Assembly: GCA_035403785.1 (NCBI GenBank)
Contig: DAONFW010000002.1
Coordinates: 12,676 to 76,675, forward strand
Direction: 5' to 3'
Source of the DNA: Minisyncoccota bacterium
Lineage (GTDB): Bacteria; Patescibacteriota; Minisyncoccia; Phycocordibacterales; UBA9973
DNA: 64,000 nt
A program made the position numbers and the translations under genes. The notes below the pieces were generated by a model. That model was not told the origin of the DNA, did not search any database, and saw nothing but the letters and a program-made list of their open reading frames with translations. Positions 1-8,740 of the stretch are shown piece by piece (position 1 is the stretch's first letter; every line of letters starts with the position of its first letter).

Positions 1-101
1 AAGAAGCAATTGAAATTTTCAAAAATAAAGGTTTCAAATTTGATAGAGAAATAGACGCAGGGGAACATCATTATGGTATTATATTAATAAAAGAAAAATA
101 A
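1..101 (+). CDS. 3' end of a gene entering from the left, possibly a class I SAM-dependent methyltransferase
   Basis: Open frame from nt 3 (EAIEIFKNKGFKFDREIDAGEHHYGIILIKEK) ending at TAA 99-101. The GxHHYG tail resembles small methyltransferase C-termini. Confidence 0.45.
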   Translation, partial: EAIEIFKNKGFKFDREIDAGEHHYGIILIKEK

Positions 102-102
102 A

Positions 103-1407
103 ATGAAAGGTAATTTTCAAATAATAATTTTAGTAATCTTTGTAGCAGCAGCGGTTTTTGGACTTTTGGTTTTTTCTGGCACTATTCCGTTGGGCAACAA
201 AACCGACACGGCTGGTTCTTTGGGTACAGTTACTTTGTGGGGGACAGCCAAAGCAGACGCTCTAGCTGCTCCTATTGATGATTTCAATAGAGCAAATCCA
301 ACTTTTGTGGTTAAGTATGTTCAAAAAGATCCAGAAACTTTCGATCAGGATTTGCTTGAAGCAATGGCTTCAGGAGTTGGTCCGGATATGTTTTTCTTGC
401 CAGATAATTTAGTTTTTGATTATGCTAATAAAATTTATGTAATTCCTTATGAAAGCTATTCAGCCGCTTCTTTTCAAAATACTTTCAGTAGTGCAGGAGA
501 AGTATTTATGTTTTCAAAAGGAATTTTAGCTTTTCCGATTACAGTTGATCCACTAATGATGTATTACAACAGAAGTATGCTGGAATCTAATGGAATTATT
601 TATCCTCCAGCTACCTGGGATGATGTTGTGAGTTACACGGCTAGTTTAACCAAAAAAGATGAATTAAATAAAATCACAAAAAGTACAGTTGCCTTGGGTC
701 AATTTTCTAATGTAGCTCATGCAAAAGATATATTGTCTGCTTTGTTTATGCAAGCTGGCAATCAGATAATTACAGAAAAAGATGGCTCTTTTTCATCTGT
801 TCTTGGAGAAAGTGGAGCTAGCCAAATTAGCTTAGATACAATGCTTTCTTTCTTTACAAGCTTTTCTGATCCACTCAAGAATGTTTATTCCTGGAATCGA
901 TCTTTTGCAAATTCTAGAGATACTTTTAGTTCAGATAATTTAGCTTTTTATTTCGGTTATGCTAGTGAATTACAAACTTTAGTAAATAAAAATCCAAATC
1001 TTAACTTTGCTGTTGCTCCGTTTCCACAAATAAAAAATACTAATTTTAAATTGACTTCTGGAAAAGTTACAGGAATAGCTGTTTCTAACTTTTCAAAAAA
1101 TTTAAGCACAGCCCTTACTGCAGCTAGTCTGTTGGCAACGAGTGATTTTGCCTCGAAATATGCTGAAATAACACAAACTCCACCAGCTAGAAAAGATTTG
1201 CTCTCAAAAAAAATGACAGATGCTTATAATCCATATTTTTACTCGTCAGCTCTTTATGCTCGAAGTTGGTTAGATCCTTCTACTAATGATACTGATAATA
1301 TATTTAAAAATATGATTGAAGGAACGCTTTCTAATAATTTTACAGCGCAAGATGCTATCAGAGATGCCGGCGCGAAAATAAATCTTTTATTAATGAAATA
1401 TAGATAA
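103..1407 (+). CDS. Extracellular solute-binding protein (sugar ABC-type SBP), membrane anchored
   Basis: 434 aa with N-terminal TM. Motifs GPDMF, PITVDPLMMYYNRSML, PPATWDD, FAVAPFPQ. Confidence 0.85.
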   Translation: MKGNFQIIILVIFVAAAVFGLLVFSGTIPLGNKTDTAGSLGTVTLWGTAKADALAAPIDDFNRANPTFVVKYVQKDPETFDQDLLEAMASGVGPDMFFLPDNLVFDYANKIYVIPYESYSAASFQNTFSSAGEVFMFSKGILAFPITVDPLMMYYNRSMLESNGIIYPPATWDDVVSYTASLTKKDELNKITKSTVALGQFSNVAHAKDILSALFMQAGNQIITEKDGSFSSVLGESGASQISLDTMLSFFTSFSDPLKNVYSWNRSFANSRDTFSSDNLAFYFGYASELQTLVNKNPNLNFAVAPFPQIKNTNFKLTSGKVTGIAVSNFSKNLSTALTAASLLATSDFASKYAEITQTPPARKDLLSKKMTDAYNPYFYSSALYARSWLDPSTNDTDNIFKNMIEGTLSNNFTAQDAIRDAGAKINLLLMKYR

Positions 1408-1439
1408 TTATAAATTTAAATTAAGTTTAGAGATTTAGT

Positions 1440-1835
1440 ATGAAAATTTTAAACAAACAAAATAAAAAAAATACATTTTTTGTTACCGGAACTTTTTTGT
1501 TACTTGTGCCAATTATTTCTTTTGGAGCAGGGCTTGTTCCATGTGGTGGTCAGGGAGAGAGTGAATGTAATTTTAATTTTCTTTTAATTTTAATTAATAA
1601 TATAGTTAAGTTTGTTTTATTTAGGTTAGCTGTTCCAATAGCTGCGATTATGTTTGCTTACGCTGGTATTTTACTTCTGACTTCTGGTGGCAATACATCA
1701 CAAAAAGAAAAATCAAAAAAAATATTTACTGGTGTGGCAATAGGTATTGTAATAGCCGCAGCTGCTTGGATTATCGTTCACTTGATTGTTTCTGTTTTGG
1801 GCTGTGGAGATAGCTGCAGTTGGATTGGTTTTTAA
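1440..1835 (+). CDS. VirB2/TrbC-like (T4SS-type) pilin, CPR type
   Basis: Signal peptide, LVPC...C motif, two TM helices joined by AGILLLTSGGNTSQKEKSKK. Confidence 0.8.
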   Translation: MKILNKQNKKNTFFVTGTFLLLVPIISFGAGLVPCGGQGESECNFNFLLILINNIVKFVLFRLAVPIAAIMFAYAGILLLTSGGNTSQKEKSKKIFTGVAIGIVIAAAAWIIVHLIVSVLGCGDSCSWIGF

Positions 1836-1854
1836 TAATTAGTATAATAAAAAT

Positions 1855-2262
1855 ATGAAATCTATAATAAAAAATTTTTTTGCGGTTACTTTAGCGGCTT
1901 TTGTTCTTTTTGCTCCAATTTTATCTTTTGCGCAGCAGACGGGAGATTTGTCAGGTGGTAGCCAGACAGGAGATTTATCTCCTTCTACCACCACGATTAA
2001 TAATCCAATAGGAGTCAGTGATGTTAATAGTTTTATCAGAGTGATTTTGGTTGGCGTTGTTAAAATTGGAATACCAATAGTCGCTTTGGCTATTATTTAT
2101 TCTGGTTTTCTTTTTGTAACAGCTAGAGGAAATCCTGAAGCTCTTAAAAAAGCAAAAAGTGCTTTCTTATATACAGTTATCGGTGCAGCTATTTTGTTGG
2201 GTTCTTGGGCAATTGCTCAGTTAATATCTAGTACAGTTTTAGAAATAGGTAAAAGTGTTTAA
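1855..2262 (+). CDS. VirB2/TrbC-like pilin
   Basis: Signal peptide (SFAQ), INNPI, IIYSGFLFVTARGNPEALKKAK, second TM. QTGDLS occurs twice. Confidence 0.85.
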   Translation: MKSIIKNFFAVTLAAFVLFAPILSFAQQTGDLSGGSQTGDLSPSTTTINNPIGVSDVNSFIRVILVGVVKIGIPIVALAIIYSGFLFVTARGNPEALKKAKSAFLYTVIGAAILLGSWAIAQLISSTVLEIGKSV

Positions 2263-2273
2263 TAGATAAAAAA

Positions 2274-3005
2274 ATGAAAAACAATTTTTCTAATAAAATA
2301 TTATTGTGTATAATTCTTTCAGCTTTTTTTGTGCCATGTTTATCTTTTGCTCAGAATTCTGGTTTTCAGGCACAAGTTCAAGTCGCTCCGAATTATAATT
2401 ATTCTGGTTCAATTACAGGGGTACAAGCAGATGTGACTCAAGGAGAAGAATCATCTCTTGGTGGTGATATAAATGTTACAAATAATGCATCTGCTACGGC
2501 ACAAGCTCAGGGCGAAGTAGTTGGTGTTTCCGCTAGGTATAACACCAGCATCTCAAGTGGATTTACCTGTGCTTTGCCTAATAATCCAGTATTGAAAGAT
2601 TTGATAAATTATGCAACATGTTTGCTTTCAAAATCCATTGTTCCACTTATTTTTGGTGCAGCTATGGTTTTGTTTATCTGGGGCGTTGTTCAGTATGTTA
2701 TTGGAACAGACGATGAAACAAAAAAGAAAAAAGGAAAAACTTTTATGATTTGGGGTCTTGTTTCTTTAGCCGTAATGACTTCTGTTTGGGGTTTGGTTCG
2801 TATTTTGGGTAATACTTTTGGAGTAAATACAACGGTGATTCCTCAACTTAATACACAAAAATCTGCCAATACTGGTAATAGTATATATGAAGCCCCAGAA
2901 CAAACTGCTCCGTCTTTTTCCAGTGAGATTCAAACAATGCCTACTTTACCTGCGGGACAAATTCAGACAACAAACAGCTCTTTTTCAGGTCAAATAAGAC
3001 AATAA
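2274..3005 (+). CDS. VirB2/TrbC-like pilin with extended N- and C-terminal low-complexity regions
   Basis: FIWGVVQYVIGTDDETKKKKGKTFMIWGLV..AVMTSVWGLV core. Confidence 0.8.
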   Translation: MKNNFSNKILLCIILSAFFVPCLSFAQNSGFQAQVQVAPNYNYSGSITGVQADVTQGEESSLGGDINVTNNASATAQAQGEVVGVSARYNTSISSGFTCALPNNPVLKDLINYATCLLSKSIVPLIFGAAMVLFIWGVVQYVIGTDDETKKKKGKTFMIWGLVSLAVMTSVWGLVRILGNTFGVNTTVIPQLNTQKSANTGNSIYEAPEQTAPSFSSEIQTMPTLPAGQIQTTNSSFSGQIRQ

Positions 3006-3028
3006 ACTATTTGCTTTTAAGCTCAGTA

Positions 3029-3037
3029 TGTTATAAT
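3029..3037 (+). promoter_or_regulatory. Extended -10 promoter (TGTTATAAT) upstream of pilin 3251
   Basis: TGnTATAAT with TTGCTT upstream at 3010-3015. Confidence 0.55.
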
Positions 3038-3143
3038 TAATAGGTGCTTAATTATTTAGGCAAGTTATAAATTATTATTAGGTCGCTAATTATTATAAAT
3101 TATTTCAGCTAAGATTAGCTGATTCGTTATTAACGGAAAAAAT

Positions 3144-3255
3144 ATGAATCCCGTTAGAAGTTAACTTTCGGGAATCGTAATTTTTAAAAATAAAATAAGT
3201 TGTCTAGCATATTTTGTAAGTAAAGTAAGTTAGTATAACTTCTAAACGGGATGAA
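3144..3255. mobile_element. MITE/REP-like element with terminal inverted repeats, flanked by ATGAA direct repeats
   Basis: ATCCCGTTAGAAGTTA (3148-3163) versus TAACTTCTAAACGGGAT (3236-3252, one extra A). ATGAA at 3144-3148 and 3251-3255. Confidence 0.65.
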
Positions 3256-3640
3256 AAAGAAATTAATTACATTATTTAGTTTTGTTCTTGGTTTTGCTCC
3301 ATTAGCATTGTTTGCTCAACAGCAAGTAGGTAATGCTTCAGGATGTGCGGGTGTTGAGAGTGGAACTCTTCAGTCAGTAATTTGTACTGTTGGAAATGTT
3401 CTAGATACTCTTATTCCAATTCTTATAGTGTTGGGTATTGTGTATTTCGTATGGGGCGTTGTTCAGTATGTTATTGGTGACGATGAAGAAGCAAAAAAGA
3501 AAGGGAAAAATAGAATGATTTATGGAATCATTGGTCTAGTTGTAATCGTTGCAATGTGGGGTCTAGTTGGAATTATCACAAAGACTTTCGGTTTGAGTGG
3601 AACAACAAACGTTACTATTCCAACTCTTCCAATAAACTAA
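3251..3640 (+). CDS. VirB2/TrbC-like pilin
   Basis: Signal peptide, Cys pair, YFVWGVVQYVIGDDEEAKKKGKNRMIYGIIG..VAMWGLV. Confidence 0.85.
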   Translation: MKKKLITLFSFVLGFAPLALFAQQQVGNASGCAGVESGTLQSVICTVGNVLDTLIPILIVLGIVYFVWGVVQYVIGDDEEAKKKGKNRMIYGIIGLVVIVAMWGLVGIITKTFGLSGTTNVTIPTLPIN

Positions 3641-3649
3641 ATATTTATT

Positions 3650-3994
3650 ATGATAGATTTGTTTTTACCAAATATTGCGTATGCTAGTGTAGACACATTT
3701 ATTGCCAAGGTTAATGAGGTAATTATTAATCCGCTTATCTTGTTGATGTTTGCATTAGCTTTAGTTTTCTTCTTTTATGGAATAGTAGAATTTCTTGCAA
3801 ATCCAGAAAGTGACGAGAAGAAGACAAAAGGTAAAAGCCATATGATTTGGGGAATAGTTGGTATTACGATTATGATGGGAGTATGGTTTATTATGCATCT
3901 TGTTATGAATACTCTAAATATAGAAGGAATTAATCCGGAAAAAGGAGAAGTGAAACTAAATGAGTATGCTCCAAATTATAATTGGAATCCTTAA
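3650..3994 (+). CDS. VirB2/TrbC-like pilin
   Basis: FFYGIVEFLANPESDEKKTKGKSHMIWGIVGITIMMGVW, same two-TM core. Confidence 0.8.
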   Translation: MIDLFLPNIAYASVDTFIAKVNEVIINPLILLMFALALVFFFYGIVEFLANPESDEKKTKGKSHMIWGIVGITIMMGVWFIMHLVMNTLNIEGINPEKGEVKLNEYAPNYNWNP

Positions 3995-4027
3995 AAACTA
4001 AAAACAAATTTTTAAATAAGAAATTTA

Positions 4028-4059
4028 AAAAGGCGATCCACATCCATGAATCGCCTTTT
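4028..4059. terminator. Bidirectional intrinsic terminator
   Basis: AAAAGGCGAT...ATCGCCTTTT between convergent genes. Confidence 0.7.
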
Positions 4060-4067
4060 GAGTTACC

Positions 4068-4463
4068 TCATTTATTTATTTTGTATACAACGACCCGAAC
4101 ATGAGGTTTATTCGGATTAGCAGATTTGATACTAACTGTTCCTCCTTTTGCACCGGCAGGAGTGCCGGGGTTGTCCTTTCCGTCAAAGAAAAATTCTTCT
4201 GAGACACCTGTAAATTTTTCATAGACAGGTTCCCCAAAAGTTTCAAGCCGGAACTTGAAGTTAATGACAGGATCACATGGTGTAAAACCATCGAATACAA
4301 TGATTTCAGTTCCTGTGCTGTTTTCGGAATATTGCTCTGTCTGGTCGGTTGCTTTTTTATCATTTGAATTATCTTTTTTATCAAAAGATTTTACCCAGAA
4401 AATAAAAAGAAACGCCATTACAAGAATGATAACTAGACGAATAATTTTTACAGTATTTTTCAT
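4068..4463 (-). CDS. Hypothetical membrane-anchored protein
   Basis: 131 aa with one N-terminal TM. Start overlaps the upstream stop (TAATG), suggesting translational coupling. Confidence 0.65.
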   Translation of the reverse strand: MKNTVKIIRLVIILVMAFLFIFWVKSFDKKDNSNDKKATDQTEQYSENSTGTEIIVFDGFTPCDPVINFKFRLETFGEPVYEKFTGVSEEFFFDGKDNPGTPAGAKGGTVSIKSANPNKPHVRVVVYKINK

Positions 4464-5365
4464 TATTTTTTTCCTCCAAATTTTTCAATGAGTAAAGTAA
4501 TTGCTTTTACCACTTCAGGTGAAATTTCAATTCCCTCGAGATTTAGTTTTGCTTCGCCTCCAAGCACGATTTCTTTTATTTCTTTTGTTAGACTAATATC
4601 TTTGTCTAACAAAGGAGCGAGAGTTCGTGCTTCTTTATCTGAGTACCCAGCTTTTTTTAAAGTTTCCACCATTTCTTTTACGGCATTTGCTTTAGAAGCG
4701 GCATTTCTTGCACGTTGAACTTCTTCATTATAATCAACGTCTTTTATAGGGCATTCAATGACAATAATAGAAAGCTCTTTAGCAACTTCATCGAAGTCCT
4801 TTTTTTTAAGGATTTGTTCATGAGTGAAACTTTTTACATTAGTGCAAGTTTCATCTTTTACTTTTTCCCTGATGGTTTTTTCAGCAACAGCTGTTTGCAT
4901 GCTGTTAATTGCTTCTTGTGTGTACCTTACATAATTGATCATTCTTTCTGATCTTTTCTTTTCTGATGCTCCCGCAGCAGAATCAGGTTTTGACATGATT
5001 GCTGCTTCGATTTCCATACTGCCATCAATCGTTGGAAAAGTTCCACGTACTTTCGCGTGTATGATTGCTTCAAGGTTTACAATGAATTCGATTGATTCCC
5101 ACGGTAATTTAAAATAGAAGCCTTCGAACACAGCACGCCTTTTTTTAGTGAAATAATTTAATAAGACGTGACAGTCGTTCATCTTAACGTTTCCGACAAA
5201 AGAATTGAGACTGATTAAGGAAACGAAAAGGAATACAATAGTCCCAGGAAGTAAATATGCTTCTGAAGTAACAAGCAGAATTAAGAGCTGAATAACAGCC
5301 CATATGGCAGTTAGTGTTACGAACAACCAAAAACTTGCCGAACCGGAGGTTGAAATTTTTTCCAT
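4463..5365 (-). CDS. SPFH/band-7 (prohibitin-like) membrane protein, divergent
   Basis: Two N-terminal TMs, EGFYFKLPWE, and IKDVDYNEEVQRA followed by a coiled coil. Confidence 0.7.
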   Translation of the reverse strand: MEKISTSGSASFWLFVTLTAIWAVIQLLILLVTSEAYLLPGTIVFLFVSLISLNSFVGNVKMNDCHVLLNYFTKKRRAVFEGFYFKLPWESIEFIVNLEAIIHAKVRGTFPTIDGSMEIEAAIMSKPDSAAGASEKKRSERMINYVRYTQEAINSMQTAVAEKTIREKVKDETCTNVKSFTHEQILKKKDFDEVAKELSIIVIECPIKDVDYNEEVQRARNAASKANAVKEMVETLKKAGYSDKEARTLAPLLDKDISLTKEIKEIVLGGEAKLNLEGIEISPEVVKAITLLIEKFGGKK

Positions 5366-5514
5366 TTTTTTTGTTTTTTAAATTATTAATTATTGTTTGA
5401 TTTGTTTGTTCCAATTGCTAATCTATTTTATTTTTTAAGAGAGGGGATTAGCGACAAAAACAAACAAATCAAGATAACTAATAACTTGTTTTTCAAGTAT
5501 CAAATTCTACATAA

Positions 5515-5543
5515 AGTATATCACAAATAATACAAAAAGTCAA
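5515..5543 (-). promoter_or_regulatory. Sigma70 promoter of the SPFH unit
   Basis: TTGACT-17 nt-TATACT with TG extension on the minus strand. Confidence 0.75.
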
Positions 5544-5574
5544 CCCTATTGGGCTGACTTTTTGTATTATTTGT
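5523..5574 (-). terminator. Long inverted repeat, terminator of 5582-6352
   Basis: 20-bp perfect arms ACAAATAATACAAAAAGTCA / TGACTTTTTGTATTATTTGT around a CCC-TATT-GGG core. Confidence 0.7.
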
Positions 5575-5581
5575 AAAGGTT

Positions 5582-6352
5582 TTAGGCGTGTTTCAGTGGT
5601 TGTGCCTTGTATTTTTCACCTGCGTGAGTAAGCTTTCTCCAAACTATTACTATTAGTAATACTAAGATTATTAGTAGCAACCATCCTAGAAAACTTGTTG
5701 GCAAGAAACTGTCTGAAGAGAATAGGGCATTAGCTGCTAAATTACTATCAGTATCTTCATCTGTTGTTTCTGACACACAAGCTGGTGTGGTTGTTGTTTT
5801 TGGTTTTGCAGTTGAACTTGGTTTTGGCTTGCTTGTAGTTGTAGCTGAAGTGGTTGGTGCTTTCTTGAGTGTGTAATATGCTGTGTTTGAAAGTCCACCA
5901 TTTGAAGTGTGATTGTATACAGTGATTGATTGTGAGCCTAAACCTGTCATATCAGCATCTGTTGTGTGCATGATAATTTGGCTAGAACTTACATAACTTG
6001 TATTTCTATCACTACCATTCCATCTAGCTACAGAGCCTGGGATAAAGTTATAACCGTTAATTGTTATATCTTTAGCGCCTGTTTTGGTGATTCCTGAAGT
6101 TGGACTAATTGAAGTAATGTGTGGAACCAAACTCGTATTCTGGGTGTTATTAGTATTATTGTTTGTATTACCACTATTATTATTACTGTTGTTATTTCCA
6201 GAGTTATCATTATTCCAATGATCAAATTCAGTATTTGCACCGAAGTCAACTGTAACTGTTCTTGCTGAAACTGTGTTAGTTAAAGAAAAGCTTAACACTA
6301 ACGCAAAGATGGCGAAAATCAATATTAAGTTTTTGTTTAATAATTTTTTCAT
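5582..6352 (-). CDS. Cell-surface protein with IPT/TIG (Ig-like) domain, N-rich and T/P/K-rich linkers and C-terminal TM anchor
   Basis: Signal peptide; PHITSISPTS..ITINGYNFIPGSVARWNG..TSYVSSSQI; C-terminal FLPTSFLGWLLLIILV. Confidence 0.8.
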   Translation of the reverse strand: MKKLLNKNLILIFAIFALVLSFSLTNTVSARTVTVDFGANTEFDHWNNDNSGNNNSNNNSGNTNNNTNNTQNTSLVPHITSISPTSGITKTGAKDITINGYNFIPGSVARWNGSDRNTSYVSSSQIIMHTTDADMTGLGSQSITVYNHTSNGGLSNTAYYTLKKAPTTSATTTSKPKPSSTAKPKTTTTPACVSETTDEDTDSNLAANALFSSDSFLPTSFLGWLLLIILVLLIVIVWRKLTHAGEKYKAQPLKHA

Positions 6353-6419
6353 ACTAAGAGTATATCATAAACAAAATTATTTGTCAAGTAGTTTTTTACC
6401 TTATAAAATAAGGATTTTG

Positions 6420-6503
6420 TGCCGGGAGGGAGACTTGAACTCCCATGAGATTTCTCTCGCTTGCTCCTAAGGCAAGTGCGTCTGCCAATTTCGCCATCCC
6501 GGC
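6420..6503 (-). tRNA. tRNA-Leu(TAG)
   Basis: Cloverleaf GCCGGGA..TCCCGGC-A; anticodon arm CTTGC-CTTAGGA-GCAAG; long variable arm. Confidence 0.95.
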
Positions 6504-6552
6504 TTATTCTCTATTATAAATCAAAAACTTAATAAAATAAATCTTTAATTTG

Positions 6553-6625
6553 TCCGCCCAGTAGGGATCGAACCTACGACCTTACGCTTAAGAGGCGTCT
6601 GCTCTACCAGCTGAGCTATGGGCGG
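6553..6625 (-). tRNA. tRNA-Lys(CTT)
   Basis: CCGCCCA..TGGGCGG-A; loop CTCTTAA; GGTTCGATCC T arm. Confidence 0.95.
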
Positions 6626-6643
6626 ATTAAATATTTAATTGTG

Positions 6644-6725
6644 TGCCCGAGGTGGGGGTCGAACCCACATCCCTTGCGAGACACGATTTTAAGTCGTGCG
6701 CGTATACCAATTCCGCCACTCGGGC
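6644..6725 (-). tRNA. tRNA-Leu(TAA)
   Basis: GCCCGAG..CTCGGGC-A; CACGA-CTTAAAA-TCGTG. Confidence 0.95.
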
Positions 6726-6796
6726 TTCCAAACTAACTCTTATATTATAAACATTTTTTTATAAAATACAATCCAAAACACACTTTCTGTCTACTG

Positions 6797-6868
6797 AGGC
6801 CTGGGCCGGAATTGAACCGGCGTATGGAGATTTTGCAGATCTCTGCCTTACCACTTGGCTACCAGGCC
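6797..6868 (-). tRNA. tRNA-Cys(GCA)
   Basis: GGCCTGG..CCAGGCC-T; GAGAT-CTGCAAA-ATCTC; U73. Confidence 0.95.
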
Positions 6869-6890
6869 TTATTTTTATTCTAACTTAATA

Positions 6891-7214
6891 TTACTTTTCT
6901 CTTAATAATTCGTCAATTTTTTGTCTATTCTTTTCTCCAGTATCTATTTCAAAATCTATAAACGGAATTAATTTAGACTTCATATTTTTTTTCAAAAAAT
7001 CTCTAAATTCCGCTCGTTTTCTTTTTGTAAAATCTAGAGCACTTTTTTCTTTTGAAGCAGGCAAGACTGTAATAAAAATAGTAGCTCTCTTCAAATCAGA
7101 AGACGCATGACAGTCGGTAACTGTTACAAGGGAAGTCCTGTTACTTTCTTTGCTCAAAAAACGAGCCGCAAGCTCTTTTATCAAATTTGATACTTTTTCT
7201 TTTCTTTCAGCCAT
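6891..7214 (-). CDS. rbfA: Ribosome-binding factor A
   Basis: R.EKV..LIKE; VTVT....SSDLKRATIF; IPFIDFEID; directly downstream of infB. Confidence 0.9.
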   Translation of the reverse strand: MAERKEKVSNLIKELAARFLSKESNRTSLVTVTDCHASSDLKRATIFITVLPASKEKSALDFTKRKRAEFRDFLKKNMKSKLIPFIDFEIDTGEKNRQKIDELLREK

Positions 7215-8716
7215 TATTTTTTAACAATAGAAAATGATTCTATTACATCTCCCGGTGCGATTTCTATCTTTGATTCGAGCATCATTCCGAATTCAGCCCC
7301 TTCTTCAACCTCAGAAGTTTTTGATTTATTTTTTTCCAGATTTACGATTTTTCCTTTGCCAATTTCATTTTCACGACGTATTATTTTTACCGTGCTATTT
7401 AGCGCGATTCTGCCTTCTATCACTTTTCCTCCAAGAACCTGTTTTTCCTTTGTTTTACTGAAAGCTTTTAAAATTTTCGCTTTTCCTGTAATTTCTACTG
7501 TTTCTATTTTTGGTCTGCGGTTTTCCATTTCTTCTTCTAACCATTCAGTCATTTTGTAAATAATTTGGAAGAAAGAAATAGTAATACCTCTTGTTTCAGC
7601 TAGCTCAGTTGCATTTCTGTCAGCTTTTACATTAAAGCCTATTACAATGGCATTTTCACAAGAAGCAACAGACTTTATATCTGATTCTGAAATAGGCCCC
7701 ACTCCTTTTTGTACTATTCTGAATTCAGCGCTTTCGCTTGTTATTTTATTAATTTCTTTTTCGATTGCCTCTATTGAACCAAGCACATCAGCTTTTAAAA
7801 CTATTGGTATAATTTTTTTGTCAGAATTTTCAGCAACATTTTTATCGCAAATTATATTTGCTTTGAAATTTTCCGCATATTCTTCTGCGTCTCTCTTTTT
7901 TTCAAAAGACTTAAATTCTGCACCAACATTTGGCATTTTACTAAAACCAGTTAGCCTGATAGGGGAAGAGAAAGTCGCTTCGTTTATAGGTTTACCAAGA
8001 AAATTTTCCATTATACGAGTGGCACAAACTGAGTCTTCTACAACCACCGTCATGCCTTTTTTAAGAGTTCCATTTTTTATAACCAAAGAAGCTTGAATTC
8101 CTCTTTTTGGATCAAGGTTTGTTTCTATTACAGAACCAGAAGCTGTTTCGTTTGGATTACCAGTGAAATTTTCCATTTCAGCAAGAATAAGAATCAAAGA
8201 AAGTAAATTTTCAACGCCAGTTCCTTGTTTGGCTGATATTTCAGCAAATGGAATTTTTCCTCCAAAATTTTCTAGGTAAATTTCATTTTCAGCTAATTCG
8301 ATTTTTGTTTTTTCAACATTAGCGCCCGGTTTGTCTATTTTATTAATAGCGACGATGCATGGAGTTTTGCTTGCTTCGATGGTTTTCCAAGCTTCAATTG
8401 TCTGTGGTTTAACGCCGTCTTCTGCTGAAACTATTAAAATAGCGATATCTGCGACATTCGCACCACGTTCTCGCATTTTGGAAAAAGCGGCATGCCCTGG
8501 AGTATCTAAAAAAGTTATTCTTTTTTCTTCTCCTTTTTCATCTTTGTGGACAACCTCATACGCAGAAATACGTTGGGTTATTCCTCCAGCTTCTTGTTCA
8601 ACGACATTTGTTTTTCGAATATAATCGAGCAAAGTGGACTTACCATGGTCAATGTGTCCCATCACTACAACTATTGGCGGTCGTTCTGTATTCTGTTGTT
8701 TTTTCTTCTTGTCCAT
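7214..8716 (-). CDS. infB: Translation initiation factor IF-2 (short form without N-terminal domains)
   Basis: RPPIVVVMGHIDHGKSTLLD, EAGGITQ, DTPGHAAF, NKID. Confidence 0.97.
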   Translation of the reverse strand: MDKKKKQQNTERPPIVVVMGHIDHGKSTLLDYIRKTNVVEQEAGGITQRISAYEVVHKDEKGEEKRITFLDTPGHAAFSKMRERGANVADIAILIVSAEDGVKPQTIEAWKTIEASKTPCIVAINKIDKPGANVEKTKIELAENEIYLENFGGKIPFAEISAKQGTGVENLLSLILILAEMENFTGNPNETASGSVIETNLDPKRGIQASLVIKNGTLKKGMTVVVEDSVCATRIMENFLGKPINEATFSSPIRLTGFSKMPNVGAEFKSFEKKRDAEEYAENFKANIICDKNVAENSDKKIIPIVLKADVLGSIEAIEKEINKITSESAEFRIVQKGVGPISESDIKSVASCENAIVIGFNVKADRNATELAETRGITISFFQIIYKMTEWLEEEMENRRPKIETVEITGKAKILKAFSKTKEKQVLGGKVIEGRIALNSTVKIIRRENEIGKGKIVNLEKNKSKTSEVEEGAEFGMMLESKIEIAPGDVIESFSIVKK

Positions 8717-8740
8717 CTTTTTAAAAAATTAAAAACTTTT

